Part shown: positions 31,269 through 42,713 of the stretch, one piece after another
Layout: each line of letters begins with the position of its first letter
Position numbering within the stretch: position 1 is the first letter of the stretch
Assembly (NCBI GenBank): GCA_052168235.1
Contig: JBQLZK010000013.1
Coordinates: 63,073-127,072 of the forward strand
Direction: 5' to 3'
DNA: 64,000 bases
Origin: Thainema sp.
Lineage (GTDB): Bacteria > Cyanobacteriota > Cyanobacteriia > Phormidesmidales > Phormidesmidaceae
Translations under genes and position numbers: made by a program
Notes under the pieces: generated by a model
The model's input: the letters and a program-made list of their open reading frames with translations, nothing else
The model's database searches: none
Told to the model about the DNA's origin: nothing

Positions 31269-31370
31269 AGGATTGTGGATTAAATAGCCTGCAAACCGTT
31301 CCATCCGTAGGGACACGGCAATGCCGTGTCCCTATCCCAAAGATTTCACCTCATTAAATCCGCGTTCCTA
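31269..31370. repeat. Degenerate IR-bounded element carrying a GTAG REP-like palindrome (31307-31335)
   Basis: GTAGGGACACGGCA-A-TGCCGTGTCCCTAT inside imperfect IRs AGGATTGTGGATTAAAT / ATTAAATCCGCGTTCCT (13/17 match). Confidence 0.55.
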
Positions 31371-31579
31371 AGTATCGAGAAATTGATTCGGCTGATGGCT
31401 GAGAAGCTGTGAACCACAGCCGCATTACTACTGCTAGCGTTCCCTAGCTAGCATAGAAATCTGTGATTAAACCAAATTGTGATGTGGCGCAAAAATCAAT
31501 TCAGGGGTTTGGTGTTGCAAAATCGACTTTCTCAGCGATAAGATTATAGACTGTGTCGATTTTTTATTTGGATAGACTC

Positions 31580-31777
31580 ATGCCAAAGCTAAAGACTCGC
31601 AGAGCAGCAGCTAAGCGTTTCCGGAAGAGTGGCAGCGGCAAAATCATGCGTCGCAAAGCCTTCAAGAATCACCTGCTAGAAAAGAAAAGCTCAAAGCGTA
31701 AGCGTAACCTCACTGGAACGTTCGTTTTGAACGACAGCGATAAAGATAATGTCGTCGGCATGCTGCCGTATTTGTAA
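31580..31777 (+). CDS. rpmI: 50S ribosomal protein L35
   Basis: [14 protein letters not shown]...[12 protein letters not shown]...LPYL. Confidence 0.98.
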   Translation: MPKLKTRRAAAKRFRKSGSGKIMRRKAFKNHLLEKKSSKRKRNLTGTFVLNDSDKDNVVGMLPYL

Positions 31778-31864
31778 GCTGAGATCGCATCCGATCCAGT
31801 GACTTATGAATATGAAGTCAGCCACCAAGACTGAGTTGTTTTGAAGTTATAGAAAGGGAAGTCA

Positions 31865-32215
31865 ATGGCACGTGTAAAACGCGGTAATGTTGCCCGCAAG
31901 CGCCGCAAAAAGATTTTAAAGCTGGCAAAAGGATTTCGGGGTTCTCACTCCAAGCTGTTCCGCACCGCGAATCAGCAGGTGATGAAGGCTCTGCGCTATG
32001 CCTATCGCGACCGCCGCAACCGGAAGCGCGATTTCCGTCGGCTGTGGATTACCCGGATTAACGCAGCGGCTCGCCTAAACGGCATGAGCTACAGCAAGCT
32101 GATGGGTAGCCTGAAGGCCGCTGATATTGCCCTAAACCGTAAGATGCTGGCTCAAATGGCCATCTTAGATCCCGCGAGCTTCAGCAAGGTCGTGGAGCAA
32201 GCCAAGAAGGCATAA
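31865..32215 (+). CDS. rplT: 50S ribosomal protein L20
   Basis: [26 protein letters not shown]...[13 protein letters not shown]. Confidence 0.99.
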   Translation: MARVKRGNVARKRRKKILKLAKGFRGSHSKLFRTANQQVMKALRYAYRDRRNRKRDFRRLWITRINAAARLNGMSYSKLMGSLKAADIALNRKMLAQMAILDPASFSKVVEQAKKA

Positions 32216-32275
32216 CTCTGAGCTAGAGTAAGGTCAGAGTTTGATCCAACTCGTGCGTTCTAGTTATTTCCTGTC

Positions 32276-33103
32276 ATGGCGACCAACGTAATGCTGCAAC
32301 AGTTTGTTCGACAGTTTGCTCGTCGGTATAGCCATCTTTTACTCAGTCTTGGCATCTTCTGGGGGGCGCAAGCGTTTGCGCCCTCCTTTGGCCTTGCGGC
32401 TGAGTTAGAGGACATTCAGGAACGCGGTTATATAATCGTGGCGGTTAAAGATAACTGGGAACCGCTCGGCTTTCGGGATGACGAAACCGGAGAACTGATC
32501 GGGCTAGAAATCGACATCGCTCGCCAATTGGCAGCATCGCTCCTCGGTGATGCCAATGCGGTTGAATTTACGCCTGTGCGCAATACAGAGCGGCTGGATG
32601 CCGTGATTGACCAAGAAGTCGATATTGCGATCGCAGTAGTCACGGCCAACGATACCCGCCGCCGCATTGTTGATTTCAGTGTGCCCTATTACCTAGACGG
32701 CACGGCTTTTGTCACACAAAACCCAGAAATTCAGTCCTTTGCGGATCTGCGCCAGTATCCAATTGCCGTGCTCGAACGATCCAGCACAATTGCGCGAGTG
32801 CGATCGCAGATGCCAACGGCCAATCTTGTAGGCGTTTCGTCCTATCAAGAAGCCAAAGCTTTTTTAGATGCCAATCCAACAGCCTCATTCGCGGGTGATG
32901 CCTCAGTATTGGGCGGCTGGGTGAGTAGCTATCCGACCTATCAACTGGTGCCAGTGCCCCTGCTAGAAGCCGATCCGCTAGCCGTTGTTCTACCGAAAGG
33001 GCTAGATTACGACCCGTTGCGTCAAGAGATTAATGCCGTGCTGCGAGAACTGCACGACAGTGGCTGGTTGGATGAGCGGCTGCGATATTGGAATCTTCCC
33101 TAG
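32276..33103 (+). CDS. Amino-acid ABC-type substrate-binding protein (SBP family 3)
   Basis: IQERGYIIVAVK, GLEIDIARQLA and RRRIVDFSVPYYLDG. Confidence 0.88.
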   Translation: MATNVMLQQFVRQFARRYSHLLLSLGIFWGAQAFAPSFGLAAELEDIQERGYIIVAVKDNWEPLGFRDDETGELIGLEIDIARQLAASLLGDANAVEFTPVRNTERLDAVIDQEVDIAIAVVTANDTRRRIVDFSVPYYLDGTAFVTQNPEIQSFADLRQYPIAVLERSSTIARVRSQMPTANLVGVSSYQEAKAFLDANPTASFAGDASVLGGWVSSYPTYQLVPVPLLEADPLAVVLPKGLDYDPLRQEINAVLRELHDSGWLDERLRYWNLP

Positions 33104-33184
33104 AATCCCAAATTCCATTAGTTTAAGAACTGGTGCATTCCACTAGCTGTTGCATACTGCGTCAACAACGCATGATTCTGTCCT

Positions 33185-33751
33185 ATGAGTGAAACGACGA
33201 CGGTTCTGGTTTATCTATTGCTGCTGATTGTCCTGCTATCGGTGGCAGGGTTTTTCATTTTTCGCCAAGTTTGGCTCAGCCGTCGCACAGACAGCACGAT
33301 ATCGCGGCTGCAAAATAAACTGAGCCAGGACAAAGGAACCGCGCAAGAATACTACGAGCTAGGCAGTTTGATGCTGGATAAGCAGCTTTATGCTCAGGGG
33401 ATTCGCCAGCTTCAAAAGGCCATTCGTCTCGCTGAAGATGAACTCAAGAAGATTAAAGAGCCGGAGCAGCAAGCGGATCAAGAAGCCAATATTGCTCTGA
33501 TTTACAATGCGCTGGGCTATGCCTACTTTGTGCAGGAACAGTATGACCTTGCCATTCGGCAGTACAAAGAAGCGCTGAAGCTAATGCCCGCGTATACAAC
33601 AGCGTTGAATAATCTAGCCAATACCTATGAGAAAAAGCAGCTAACCTCTCAGGCTATCGAAACGTATGAAGAGGTGCTGAAACACGAACCGGAGAATGCG
33701 ATCGCAAAACGTCGTGTTGGTACCCTCAAAAAGCGCGTCGCGACTTCGTGA
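33185..33751 (+). CDS. ycf37: TPR protein Ycf37/Pyg7-like (photosystem I assembly)
   Basis: N-terminal TM plus three TPRs (YYELGS, IYNALGYAYF, ALNNLANTYE), in the position after rpmI-rplT typical of cyanobacteria. Confidence 0.8.
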   Translation: MSETTTVLVYLLLLIVLLSVAGFFIFRQVWLSRRTDSTISRLQNKLSQDKGTAQEYYELGSLMLDKQLYAQGIRQLQKAIRLAEDELKKIKEPEQQADQEANIALIYNALGYAYFVQEQYDLAIRQYKEALKLMPAYTTALNNLANTYEKKQLTSQAIETYEEVLKHEPENAIAKRRVGTLKKRVATS

Positions 33752-33819
33752 AAAGACAATTTCGTACCCTGAAATTCCAGAACAATGCTTGGTAACATAC
33801 GTGCTGACTGTAATGTCAC

Positions 33820-33902
33820 CAACATTATTCTGGAATTATTGTTTGAACAATTTGAGTTCAAACAATTTCCAACCCCAAAAACTTTATTTCCAATAAAGTC
33901 TA
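33820..33902. mobile_element. Family A MITE-like element, degenerate copy with a different inner hairpin
   Basis: The right part AACAATTTCCAACCCCAAAAACTTTATTTCCAATAAAGTCTA matches family A. The inner hairpin is ATTGTTTGAAC-AATTTGA-GTTCAAACAAT and the left end is decayed. Confidence 0.65.
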
Positions 33903-33929
33903 TATAAAATTCTATGACCAGGTTTGTGA

Positions 33930-34154
33930 TCAGGGTGAATCCGAGAGGTAATAATCATCAGAGCGAATTGGGCCAACAGCTTCCGGATCTTTGTTGATGC
34001 AGCCTGCTTTCTGGTTGTACTGACAAACTCTAGCCCATAATTTCGCACGGGTTCCCGGTGGGCCTGCAGCAAACATAACTCGATCGCCGCCGACTACACC
34101 GACTAATATTTTGACGCCACAAATGGGGCAAGTTTGGGTGTTAGGTGCTGCCAT
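33930..34154 (-). CDS. Small cyanobacterial-type Cys-containing hypothetical protein
   Basis: 74 aa with CPICG...GPPGTRAKLWARVC...GCIN; possibly metal-binding. Confidence 0.75.
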   Translation of the reverse strand: MAAPNTQTCPICGVKILVGVVGGDRVMFAAGPPGTRAKLWARVCQYNQKAGCINKDPEAVGPIRSDDYYLSDSP

Positions 34155-34307
34155 AACTCAATAACTGTGATGTTCGACAGAGCATTCTTTATCATATTAA
34201 GTTTTTTACGGCTCAGAATCAGACTTATGACAGGATTCAGATGGGCCAGTAAGATAGGAGAGCATTTGACATTGTTCTCTTAATAGCCTCAGTTCTAAGG
34301 AGGCTGC

Positions 34308-34673
34308 ATGAATATCCAAGCTCAAATCGATCGCTATCGACTGCAATATATTGTCGATAACTATCAACTTCGGGGAAACGACAATATCGATGCCTTTGAG
34401 ATGGCATTAACAGAGTTGCTGGATAATTATCCAACACCAATTGTTGAGCTGGCGATAGTCGAAACGCTAGTAATGGGGTGGTTGAATGTACCAATGGTGC
34501 GAGGCTGCGCTTTTTTGCACCATGTACATGAACAGTTATTGCTCTGGCATAACTATTCAATTGTCAGTACGCTAACCACCACTCAGTTCCAAAGTATTAC
34601 TGGATTAAGTCCTAATCCTATTTTGAAAAATGCTCAAGCATTTGCGCCTCAACCCGAAGCACAAACGCCGTGA
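34308..34673 (+). CDS. Hypothetical protein
   Basis: Strong RBS AAGGAGG; motifs YIVDNYQL.G, VELAIVETLV..W..P and QFQSITGL.P. Confidence 0.75.
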   Translation: MNIQAQIDRYRLQYIVDNYQLRGNDNIDAFEMALTELLDNYPTPIVELAIVETLVMGWLNVPMVRGCAFLHHVHEQLLLWHNYSIVSTLTTTQFQSITGLSPNPILKNAQAFAPQPEAQTP

Positions 34674-34679
34674 GCAGGC

Positions 34680-35438
34680 TCATCGCCTTGTTTTGGCGAC
34701 CGTAATTACGCCTAGGACATGACAACCTGCCTGCCGTAGTGCCTGAGCAGCCGACTGGGCAGTTGCGCCTGTGGTGTGAATATCGTCTAGCAGCATCACC
34801 GGCTGGTTGCGGTATTGTCTCAGGCTGTCCGCCACCTGAAAGGCTTGACTAAGATTCTGCACGCGATCTTGAGCAGATAGACTAAATTGCGGTTGGGTTT
34901 CTCGAATGCGCTCCAATCCTTGACTCACCAACGGGAGTTGAGTAATTCGGCAAAACTCTTGAGCAATCAGGTCAGCTTGGTTATATCCCCGTTGCTGAAG
35001 TTTATGCGGGTGTAAGGGGATGGGCACAATAATGGGCGCAACTCGATGATTGGATTGAGATTGCGCTAGCCATGCTGTAGCCAGCCATTGACCCATTAGG
35101 GTACCTAATTTTGGCTGATTCTCATACTTCAGCAATCGCATCATGCGCTGGATGTCACCACGGTAGTCGCCCCAGGCTAGAACCGTTAAGCCTGACTGCT
35201 GCTGAAATTGCCGCAGTTGGGGATATTGGTAGGCTCGTGCCCGTTGCTGACAGGTTGGGCATACAACATGAGCGGCTGAACGTTGGCAGAGTAAACAGGG
35301 CGACTCCAGCCAAAAATCCAGTAAGTTGCTGGCTGGACGGATCCATTTAGCTAAAGAAATAAAGCGCGATCGCACTCCGTTTCCAGCTTCTTTTCCCAAC
35401 TGCTTGTCTGCCTTGGCTGCTGTCGTCCCACTCTTCAT
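34680..35438 (-). CDS. comF: ComF family competence protein (phosphoribosyltransferase fold)
   Basis: CxxC...CxxC, LKY, VPIPLH...RGYNQA and LLDDIHTTGAT. Confidence 0.92.
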   Translation of the reverse strand: MKSGTTAAKADKQLGKEAGNGVRSRFISLAKWIRPASNLLDFWLESPCLLCQRSAAHVVCPTCQQRARAYQYPQLRQFQQQSGLTVLAWGDYRGDIQRMMRLLKYENQPKLGTLMGQWLATAWLAQSQSNHRVAPIIVPIPLHPHKLQQRGYNQADLIAQEFCRITQLPLVSQGLERIRETQPQFSLSAQDRVQNLSQAFQVADSLRQYRNQPVMLLDDIHTTGATAQSAAQALRQAGCHVLGVITVAKTRR

Positions 35439-35703
35439 GCCCCTGACCTGTTTCTAATTGATATAACTGCTCATCCAAAATTCGGCTGTAAAACTCCAAA
35501 ATCGTTTTCAGCGCAAGGGACGCAGAACGTACCTTGCGTTGAATTCAAAAGTTGGTGCTTAATAGCAAACCGGAATCAAATCCATTGTGGAATCGAGGAA
35601 TCGTGGGGATCGAGCGTAATCCTTCGCAATCGAAAGATGAGCGTTGCATGACGCTTCCAGCAGAATCGTGAAATCACCCAGCGCTCTAAATGTAAGCAGG
35701 AAC

Positions 35704-35750
35704 AAAAACGGGGATTTCACTTACGGCACTGTGGTGAAATCCCCGTTTTT
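35704..35750 (-). terminator. Hairpin terminator downstream of glgA
   Basis: AAAAACGGGGATTTCAC...GTGAAATCCCCGTTTTT. Confidence 0.65.
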
Positions 35751-35779
35751 ACATTCTGTCTTTTTAAGCTTCTGTGAAG

Positions 35780-37216
35780 CTATGAAGTGGTGGTTTCAGA
35801 GCTAGGTGCGCTGGCTGGTTCATTTATGGGTAAATAATCTTCGGGCTTACCTGCGATCGCATTGTAAAGCTTGATATATTCTTTTGCAGATTTGTCCCAG
35901 CTAAAATTCTGCTCCATTGCCCGCTGCTGCAGACCGCGCCAATAGTCTTTGTATTGGTAACCTTCCCAGGCACGCACCATTGAGGTATACAAATCAAGCG
36001 GTTCATAGCGGTCAAAACAATAGCCCGTACCGGTTTTTTCTGCTGGCACATGAGGCTGTACTGTATCGACCAAGCCGCCTGTTTTTCGCACAATGGGAAT
36101 ACAGCCGTAACGCATCGCCATCATCTGGCTGATGCCGCAGGGTTCAAATCGCGACGGCATCAAAAACGCATCTGCCCCTGCATAAATTTTGCGCGACAGC
36201 GTATCGTTATACAGCAAATACACCGACATCCGGCCTCGATAGCGATCGGACATCTGCCAGAACTGCGTTTCATAATAGCGATCTCCAGTCCCCAGCAGTA
36301 CAAACTGCGCATTGGTATAGGACATAAACCGCTCCAACACCTGCAAGATGAGATCCAGCCCTTTCTGTTCAACCAAGCGCCCAATCAGGCCAATCAGGAA
36401 AGCTTTGGAGTTGACTTCCAAACCCATCTCTTCTTGCAGATTGATTTTGTTCATACGCCGCTTATCTAGCGTCTCAGGCGTAAAGGATTGGGCAATCTGC
36501 ACATCACTGGCGGGAGCATACACTTCTGTGTCGATACCGTTAAGAATGCCACTCAGTTTGCCGCTGATAAACGACAATAACCCCTCCAACTGCTCACCAT
36601 AGGCTGGAGTTTGAATTTGCTGCGCGTACGTGGGCGAAACCGTATTCACGCGATCGGCAAACTGTACGGCTGCGGCCATCGTATTGTGTCCCTGCATATA
36701 CCACGGACACCAGGTCATTTGTTCCAGCCGCCACCGCCAAGGTCCCTGATAGGCCAGATTATGGATCGTGAATAACGTACCAATATCGGACGTTTCGTGC
36801 ATCCAAACAGGAATCATCCCCGTATGCCAGTCATGACAATGAATAATGTTGGGCTTCCAGTAATTCCAAGCAAATTCGGCTGCACCATTGGCAAAAAAGG
36901 TAAACCGCCAATCTTCATCCTCACCCGAATAAACTCGTCGTGGATCAAATGCCGGATGCCCAAATAAATATAGGGGAACATCGCTATCAGGTAGGGTCGT
37001 TTCGTACACACCAAATTTTTGGAACATCGCGTTGCCCCACCAGACTGGTTCATCCGGAACGTCTAGCTTTTCAGACAAAAAGCCGTAGTAGGGCAGGAAA
37101 ACGCGAACGTCATATCCCATTTTGCGGAGCACCTTTGGCAGTGCGCCCACAACATCTCCCATCCCTCCAATCTTGACTAGAGGGGCTGCCTCAGCTGCCA
37201 CAAACAAAATTCGCAT
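35780..37216 (-). CDS. glgA: Glycogen synthase
   Basis: [31 protein letters not shown] and PSRFEPCG. Confidence 0.97.
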   Translation of the reverse strand: MRILFVAAEAAPLVKIGGMGDVVGALPKVLRKMGYDVRVFLPYYGFLSEKLDVPDEPVWWGNAMFQKFGVYETTLPDSDVPLYLFGHPAFDPRRVYSGEDEDWRFTFFANGAAEFAWNYWKPNIIHCHDWHTGMIPVWMHETSDIGTLFTIHNLAYQGPWRWRLEQMTWCPWYMQGHNTMAAAVQFADRVNTVSPTYAQQIQTPAYGEQLEGLLSFISGKLSGILNGIDTEVYAPASDVQIAQSFTPETLDKRRMNKINLQEEMGLEVNSKAFLIGLIGRLVEQKGLDLILQVLERFMSYTNAQFVLLGTGDRYYETQFWQMSDRYRGRMSVYLLYNDTLSRKIYAGADAFLMPSRFEPCGISQMMAMRYGCIPIVRKTGGLVDTVQPHVPAEKTGTGYCFDRYEPLDLYTSMVRAWEGYQYKDYWRGLQQRAMEQNFSWDKSAKEYIKLYNAIAGKPEDYLPINEPASAPSSETTTS

Positions 37217-37374
37217 AGGAATGCATTTTTCAAAAACCGCTTAGAGATCAGTCTAAGGTGGGATGGGATCTCTGCATATACTCGATTTGACAGATTTGCA
37301 ATTGAAGCCACTCATCAAGCTACTGTGTGGTCTTCATTGAGTATCCCAGCGCACCATTCATCAGGTAAATTACT

Positions 37375-38556
37375 CTACTGGCTTTTTGCCAGTTCTACGA
37401 CGGCACCGAGTCCAGCGCCCATTTCTTCTGGCGTAATCTTGCCATCTTGATTCACATCCAGAGCATCGAATACGGCATCTGTACCCAGCCACTCTTCCCG
37501 AGTAATAAACCCGTCTCCGTCTAAATCATAAACTTGGAAAATGTTATCAGCAGCATGACCGACGGTTTCACCACTTTCGATTCGCCGTAGCCGCTCGGCC
37601 AAAAAGTGTTCAAGTGTTTCCAGCGCCTTTGTAAATCCTTTAATACCTTCGTCAAGCTTTTCAGATGCCATTGGATCAGCCGCATGCATTTGATCAAACG
37701 TTGCTTTATCAATGCTTAATCTTTCAATCTCCATGTCAGCAACTGCTGCTGCATCTAGCTTGCGAGGTAATGTGTCAATTGTACTGTTGAGCTGATCAAG
37801 CAAGTTGGGCGATATTGTTAATAAATCACAACCTGCTAGCTCTTTGATTTCGTCAATATTACGGAAACTCGCTCCCATCACTTCCGTGGAGTAGCCAAAC
37901 TTTTTGTAATAGTTATAAATAGTGGTGACAGACTGTACACCCGGATCTTCTGGAGCTGGATAGCTGTCCCGCCCCGTATGCTTTTTGTACCAGTCCAAAA
38001 TACGACCTACAAAGGGTGAGATTAGCGTTACACCTGCCTCCGCGCAGGCAATGGCTTGGTGTAGGCCAAATAGCAGGGTTAGATTGCAGTGAATTCCTTC
38101 ATTTTCTAGGATCTCAGCAGCGCGAATGCCTTCCCAAGTTGAAGCAATTTTGATCAGAATGCGATCGCGGCTCATGCCCGCTTTTTCATATTCTTCAATT
38201 AGATACCGGGCTTTAGCAACCGTCGCGTCCGTATCATAAGATAATCGGGCATCCACTTCCGTTGAAACTCGCCCTGGAATCAACTCTAAAATCTTAAGTC
38301 CAAACGCAACTGCCAAACGCTCAAACGCGAGGGTTGCAACCTCTTTCGGATCAACGCTTGAACCTAACTCAGCTCTCGCCTTTTTCAAGGTATCATCCAC
38401 GATACCTTGATATTGCGGCATCTGTGCTGCCGCCGTAATAAGAGATGGATTAGTTGTTGCATCTTGTGGTCTGAAGGTTTCAATTGCCTGAAGGTCACCG
38501 GTATCGGCAACGACAGTCGTCATCTCCCGCAGTTGTTCCAGTAAGCTTCTGCCCAT
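37375..38556 (-). CDS. tal: Transaldolase with C-terminal EF-hand pair
   Basis: [34 protein letters not shown], and EF-hands [12 protein letters not shown] and [12 protein letters not shown]. Start uncertain (38556-38586). Confidence 0.96.
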   Translation of the reverse strand: MGRSLLEQLREMTTVVADTGDLQAIETFRPQDATTNPSLITAAAQMPQYQGIVDDTLKKARAELGSSVDPKEVATLAFERLAVAFGLKILELIPGRVSTEVDARLSYDTDATVAKARYLIEEYEKAGMSRDRILIKIASTWEGIRAAEILENEGIHCNLTLLFGLHQAIACAEAGVTLISPFVGRILDWYKKHTGRDSYPAPEDPGVQSVTTIYNYYKKFGYSTEVMGASFRNIDEIKELAGCDLLTISPNLLDQLNSTIDTLPRKLDAAAVADMEIERLSIDKATFDQMHAADPMASEKLDEGIKGFTKALETLEHFLAERLRRIESGETVGHAADNIFQVYDLDGDGFITREEWLGTDAVFDALDVNQDGKITPEEMGAGLGAVVELAKSQ

Positions 38557-39085
38557 AACCGTTGTCCTCATGTTAGATACAGTCACAATGCATCACATTA
38601 GCAACGCATCATAATCAGTGGCCAATCAGAAGTGGCCAATCAGAGAGTACAGCGATTTCAGGACGGTGACCGTAAACCAAAACACTTTGTCAACCTTGCA
38701 CCTTGCCAAACGAAATTCAGTTGAGTTTATTAACACATAAATAAAATCAGTCCATCTACTCTGCGGCAGATGCAGCATGTAGCATATATAACCTTCAAGA
38801 ATCAGTATTTTAAGCCCCCCGACCCAGCGATGGGATGCCAATTTTATACGCCAGGAGTTTATTTTGTATTTTTGTGACTAAATATGGGTGAAATGCTTAT
38901 TTTTCTATGGCTTGCGTGATAAAACCTGACATCGGCAGTCCTTCATCAGTTGTTCACACTTCATGCGTATTTGTTCTGATCTTTTTGAAAAGTCCTTAAA
39001 GTTGCCAGCAAAATCCAAGCCGAGTTTAGGTAAAAAAACTAATCTAGGTTTGATAGCGAATTGTTAAATCTACGGCTCGCAACCA

Positions 39086-39904
39086 ATGCAAGACTGCTAC
39101 ACACCTATTGCCATAAACGACTCTGCGCAGATCAGTGCCAGCATGGCGCATCAAGTCGTTTTTCTAAGCACCCGTTTCGATAGAATGCCGACTCATGAAG
39201 CAATTCGGCAATTACTGGTTCGGCTGCTGGAGCGCCAGGGAGGACGAATTTTTTATGCAAATGCTCACACTCTGGTAACAGCATCCCGCAATAAACCATT
39301 AGCTAATGCACTGTCCCGCAGTGATCTTCTGTTAGCAGATGGTAGTGGCGTCTTGTGGGGTAGCCTACTACAGCGCAAGCCCCTGACATACAACCTGAAT
39401 GGAACTGACTTGGTTCCTAACTTATGTCAGGTTGGAGCATCGAAAGGGCTTTCAATTTATCTGCTAGGTGCTAAACCCGGTGTGGCAGAACAAGCTGCTC
39501 GGAACCTAGCAAGTACTTTTCCAGGACTCAAGATCGCGGGTGTTCGGGATGGGTACTTTGACCGCTCTGAAACAGAAGCCGTGCTTGAAGATATCCGTAA
39601 GGCGCATCCTCATTTGCTGCTTGTGGCGATGGGGGTTCCTTTACAAGAACTCTGGATCGATCAGCACGTTGATCAGTTACCGGGCATAACCTGTATGGGA
39701 GTTGGTGGATTATTTGATTTTGTGGCAAATCGTGTACCTCGGGCACCCCAGTGGGTTCGCCAAGTTGGTATGGAATGGTTATGGCGCATGCTGATGGAAC
39801 CTACACGGCTTTGGCAGCGTTATACGATCGGTAATTTCAAGTTTATGTTGCTGCTGCTTGAGGATTCATTAAAAGCTTGGCGGGAAATAGGCAAGCGTGT
39901 TTAA
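39086..39904 (+). CDS. WecB/TagA/CpsF family glycosyltransferase (GT26)
   Basis: LADGSGV, NGTDL, VAMGVPLQELW, GVGGLFDF and EWLWRMLMEPTRLWQRY. Confidence 0.94.
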   Translation: MQDCYTPIAINDSAQISASMAHQVVFLSTRFDRMPTHEAIRQLLVRLLERQGGRIFYANAHTLVTASRNKPLANALSRSDLLLADGSGVLWGSLLQRKPLTYNLNGTDLVPNLCQVGASKGLSIYLLGAKPGVAEQAARNLASTFPGLKIAGVRDGYFDRSETEAVLEDIRKAHPHLLLVAMGVPLQELWIDQHVDQLPGITCMGVGGLFDFVANRVPRAPQWVRQVGMEWLWRMLMEPTRLWQRYTIGNFKFMLLLLEDSLKAWREIGKRV

Positions 39905-40443
39905 GTCTTTACTGACGACCTCAATATCAGGTCTGACTTAAGCTGATCGGCAAATATATTTTCAAACATACATTTTTAGCAAACATCTAATAGTGTGTGC
40001 GCAAACGCAAATAGGAAGGAGCAATACGGTTGTAGTCAGCAGGTCAACGGGTAATTAACTGACGATCAATGGACGATGTGAGACATGCAAGCAGCTATAG
40101 TTAGCCTCAATGGTTTTCAGTAGTTGCAATACAATGAGTTGCAGCATAGTGTTGCTGAGTCGCTGACGGTCGAGTTGTCTAAGCCATATGTTCTATAATC
40201 CGCTCCCTTGACTATTTATCTTTTACGTAGGCCTCTCGGCCAACTGATGCCTAAGCTTAAATTTACTGAAATCCCAGTTCATTGAGATTTAGTTTAGATA
40301 TGAGGCAACAGGAAGGGTAATCTAAGATTCATGATGGTTCCGATAACTTAAACATTACGATTTGACTTCAAACTCCATTGAATGTGCGATCGCTGCACAA
40401 AGCTCAGATTTATAAAAGCCTCTACAGAGTTGCTCCGCAGGAA

Positions 40444-42657
40444 ATGACTGATATGGAGACTAAAAAACACTCCGACGAAATTGATTTTCAGAAATACTGG
40501 CTGATCTTGAAACGCCGCTGGCTAATTGTTGCGGGGGTGCTTGCAGCTTCCATTAGTCTATCGGGCTTTTCGGCCACGCTACAGGAGCCTGAATACGAGG
40601 CGAACGGTCAATTACTGTTCCAAGCGGATCGAGTCCGTTCACTGACAGGAACCGGAGTTGGTGAAAATATCGGTGAGCTTGAGGCTTTAACATTTCAAGG
40701 TAATCCGCTAGACACTCAAGCCATTGTTATTACCTCTTTACCTGTTTTGCAGGATACCATCGATACACTGAACCTCACAAACAGTGAAGGTGAGCCTTTG
40801 AGCCCTAAGTCGCTGAGCCGAGGCATTGAGGTTACGCCAGTGACTGGTACTGATGTCTTGCAGGTTAGCTTCGTTGGAGAGGATCCTGATTTATCCGCTG
40901 CCGTGGTTAATCAGGTCATGGAGTCTTACATTGCTAACAATATTCTTTCGAACCGAGCAAAAGCGACAGCGGCGGGAGAATTTATTGCTAAGCAGCTGCC
41001 TCGGACAGAAGAGGATGTGAATCGTGCGGCTGAAAAGCTACGTCGATTTAAGGCAGAAAATCAGATCATTGTTTTGGAGGAAGAGGCTAGCGCTGTTGTC
41101 GGATTGATTGCCAGCTTAGATCAGCAAATCAACGAAACGGAGGCTCAGCTATCTGATACGGCAGCTCAAACAGTTGAACTGAGCCGTCAGTTGGGGCTAT
41201 CTCCTCAAGCTGCAATTAGCCTAGTTGAGGTTAGCCAGTCGCCTGCCGTCCAAGAGACACTCCTCAATTTGCAGCAGGTTCAGAGCCAACTTGCTACCGA
41301 ACAAACTCGCTACACTGGGCAGCATCCCGCAGTATCCGGGCTCGTCCGGCAGGAAGCAGCATTGCAACAGCTGCTGCAAAGCCAAATTACTGAGCTGGTT
41401 GGAGTAGAACAAATTTCACCCGCTGATCTACAGGCCGGAGAAACTAAGCAGACTCTAGCTGCTAGCTTAGTGCAGTCTGAAGTGCAACGATTAGGGCTTG
41501 AAAGCAAGATTGAGTCTCTCAACCAGCTCAGAGGCGCTTATCGCAATCAAGCTGATGTTATCCCCAGCTTAGAGAAGCAGCAGCGAGAACTTGAACGGGA
41601 GTTGGCGGCTGCTCAAACGACGTATGAGAACTTGCTGATTCGATTGCAAGAAATTCGCGTTATTGAAAATCAAAACGTAGGCAATGCTAGAGTCATTCAG
41701 CCAGCGCTGGTTCCGAATGGGCCAAGGGAAACCGAAACCTCGAAGTATTTAATTGCAGGTAGTTTTGTCGGTCTTTTACTCGGTATTGCAGCCGCATTCT
41801 TTGTTGATTTGATTGATCGCTCAGTCAAAACGGTTAAAGAAGCGCAAGACCTATTTGGCTATACGCTGCTGGGTATTGTGCCTAAGTTTGATACGGACAC
41901 GGCAACCCACGCTCAATCGCAGACGCTAGAGGGAGTATCACCTCGAGTGGTGACAACGACGTTGCCTCGGTTACCCATTCATGATGCCTATCAGATGCTG
42001 CAGGCGAATTTGAAGTTTGTTAGCTCAGATCAGCGGATTCAAACAATTGTGTTGACCAGCTCTGTGGCTCAAGAGGGTAAATCGGAAGTTGTGGCGAATC
42101 TAGCGGCTGCGATCGCACAGGTTGGGCGGCGGGTTTTAATTGTCGATGCAGACATGCGCCATCCTTCTCAGCACCATTTATGGGGACTTGTGAACTCCGT
42201 TGGCCTCAGTAACGTCATTGTGGGGCAGGATGAGTTTGATGATGCAGTTCAACAGGTGACGGAAAATCTGTCGGTGTTAACCGCAGGCGTGATTCCGCCG
42301 AATCCATTAGCATTAATCGACTCCGAACGGATGGCCTCTCTCATTCATATGTTTGCCACAGAATACGATTATGTTCTGTTTGATACTTCACCCCTAGCAG
42401 GAACAGCCGATGCCGCCGTTCTTGGCAAGATGGCTGACGGTGTCATGTTGGTAGTTCGACCAGGAGTACTCGATTCAGCCAGTGCAACCGCCGCAAAATC
42501 CTTGCTCTCCCGGTCTGAGCCAAATGTTCTCGGTATTGTTGCAAATGGTGTAAATGTCAAGCGGGAACCAGACAGCTACTTTTATTACACCAACGCTCAA
42601 GCCGTTGAGGCAGCAGCACCGTCTAACTCTAATCGTCGTATGAAGCTCAAGCGCTAA
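40444..42657 (+). CDS. wzc: Polysaccharide co-polymerase/tyrosine autokinase (Wzc/GumC)
   Basis: Two TM helices, a periplasmic coiled-coil, Walker A SSVAQEGKS, VDADMRHP, FDTSP, and a C-terminal Tyr cluster SYFYY. Confidence 0.92.
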   Translation: MTDMETKKHSDEIDFQKYWLILKRRWLIVAGVLAASISLSGFSATLQEPEYEANGQLLFQADRVRSLTGTGVGENIGELEALTFQGNPLDTQAIVITSLPVLQDTIDTLNLTNSEGEPLSPKSLSRGIEVTPVTGTDVLQVSFVGEDPDLSAAVVNQVMESYIANNILSNRAKATAAGEFIAKQLPRTEEDVNRAAEKLRRFKAENQIIVLEEEASAVVGLIASLDQQINETEAQLSDTAAQTVELSRQLGLSPQAAISLVEVSQSPAVQETLLNLQQVQSQLATEQTRYTGQHPAVSGLVRQEAALQQLLQSQITELVGVEQISPADLQAGETKQTLAASLVQSEVQRLGLESKIESLNQLRGAYRNQADVIPSLEKQQRELERELAAAQTTYENLLIRLQEIRVIENQNVGNARVIQPALVPNGPRETETSKYLIAGSFVGLLLGIAAAFFVDLIDRSVKTVKEAQDLFGYTLLGIVPKFDTDTATHAQSQTLEGVSPRVVTTTLPRLPIHDAYQMLQANLKFVSSDQRIQTIVLTSSVAQEGKSEVVANLAAAIAQVGRRVLIVDADMRHPSQHHLWGLVNSVGLSNVIVGQDEFDDAVQQVTENLSVLTAGVIPPNPLALIDSERMASLIHMFATEYDYVLFDTSPLAGTADAAVLGKMADGVMLVVRPGVLDSASATAAKSLLSRSEPNVLGIVANGVNVKREPDSYFYYTNAQAVEAAAPSNSNRRMKLKR

Positions 42658-42713
42658 TCGTGCAGGGGCGGTTTAGCGGTTCAACATTATAAACACTACG
42701 TCTATACGAAGGT

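Noticed and set aside
37375..37560. EF-hands fused to transaldolase
   Set aside because: A known feature of a cyanobacterial transaldolase subfamily.
38617..38644. Tandem 14-bp duplication AGTGGCCAATCAGA upstream of tal, and similar short heptamer/octamer runs near 2560, 35570, 52525 and 54270
   Set aside because: These are typical short tandem (STRR-like) slippage repeats of filamentous cyanobacteria, with no further structure.
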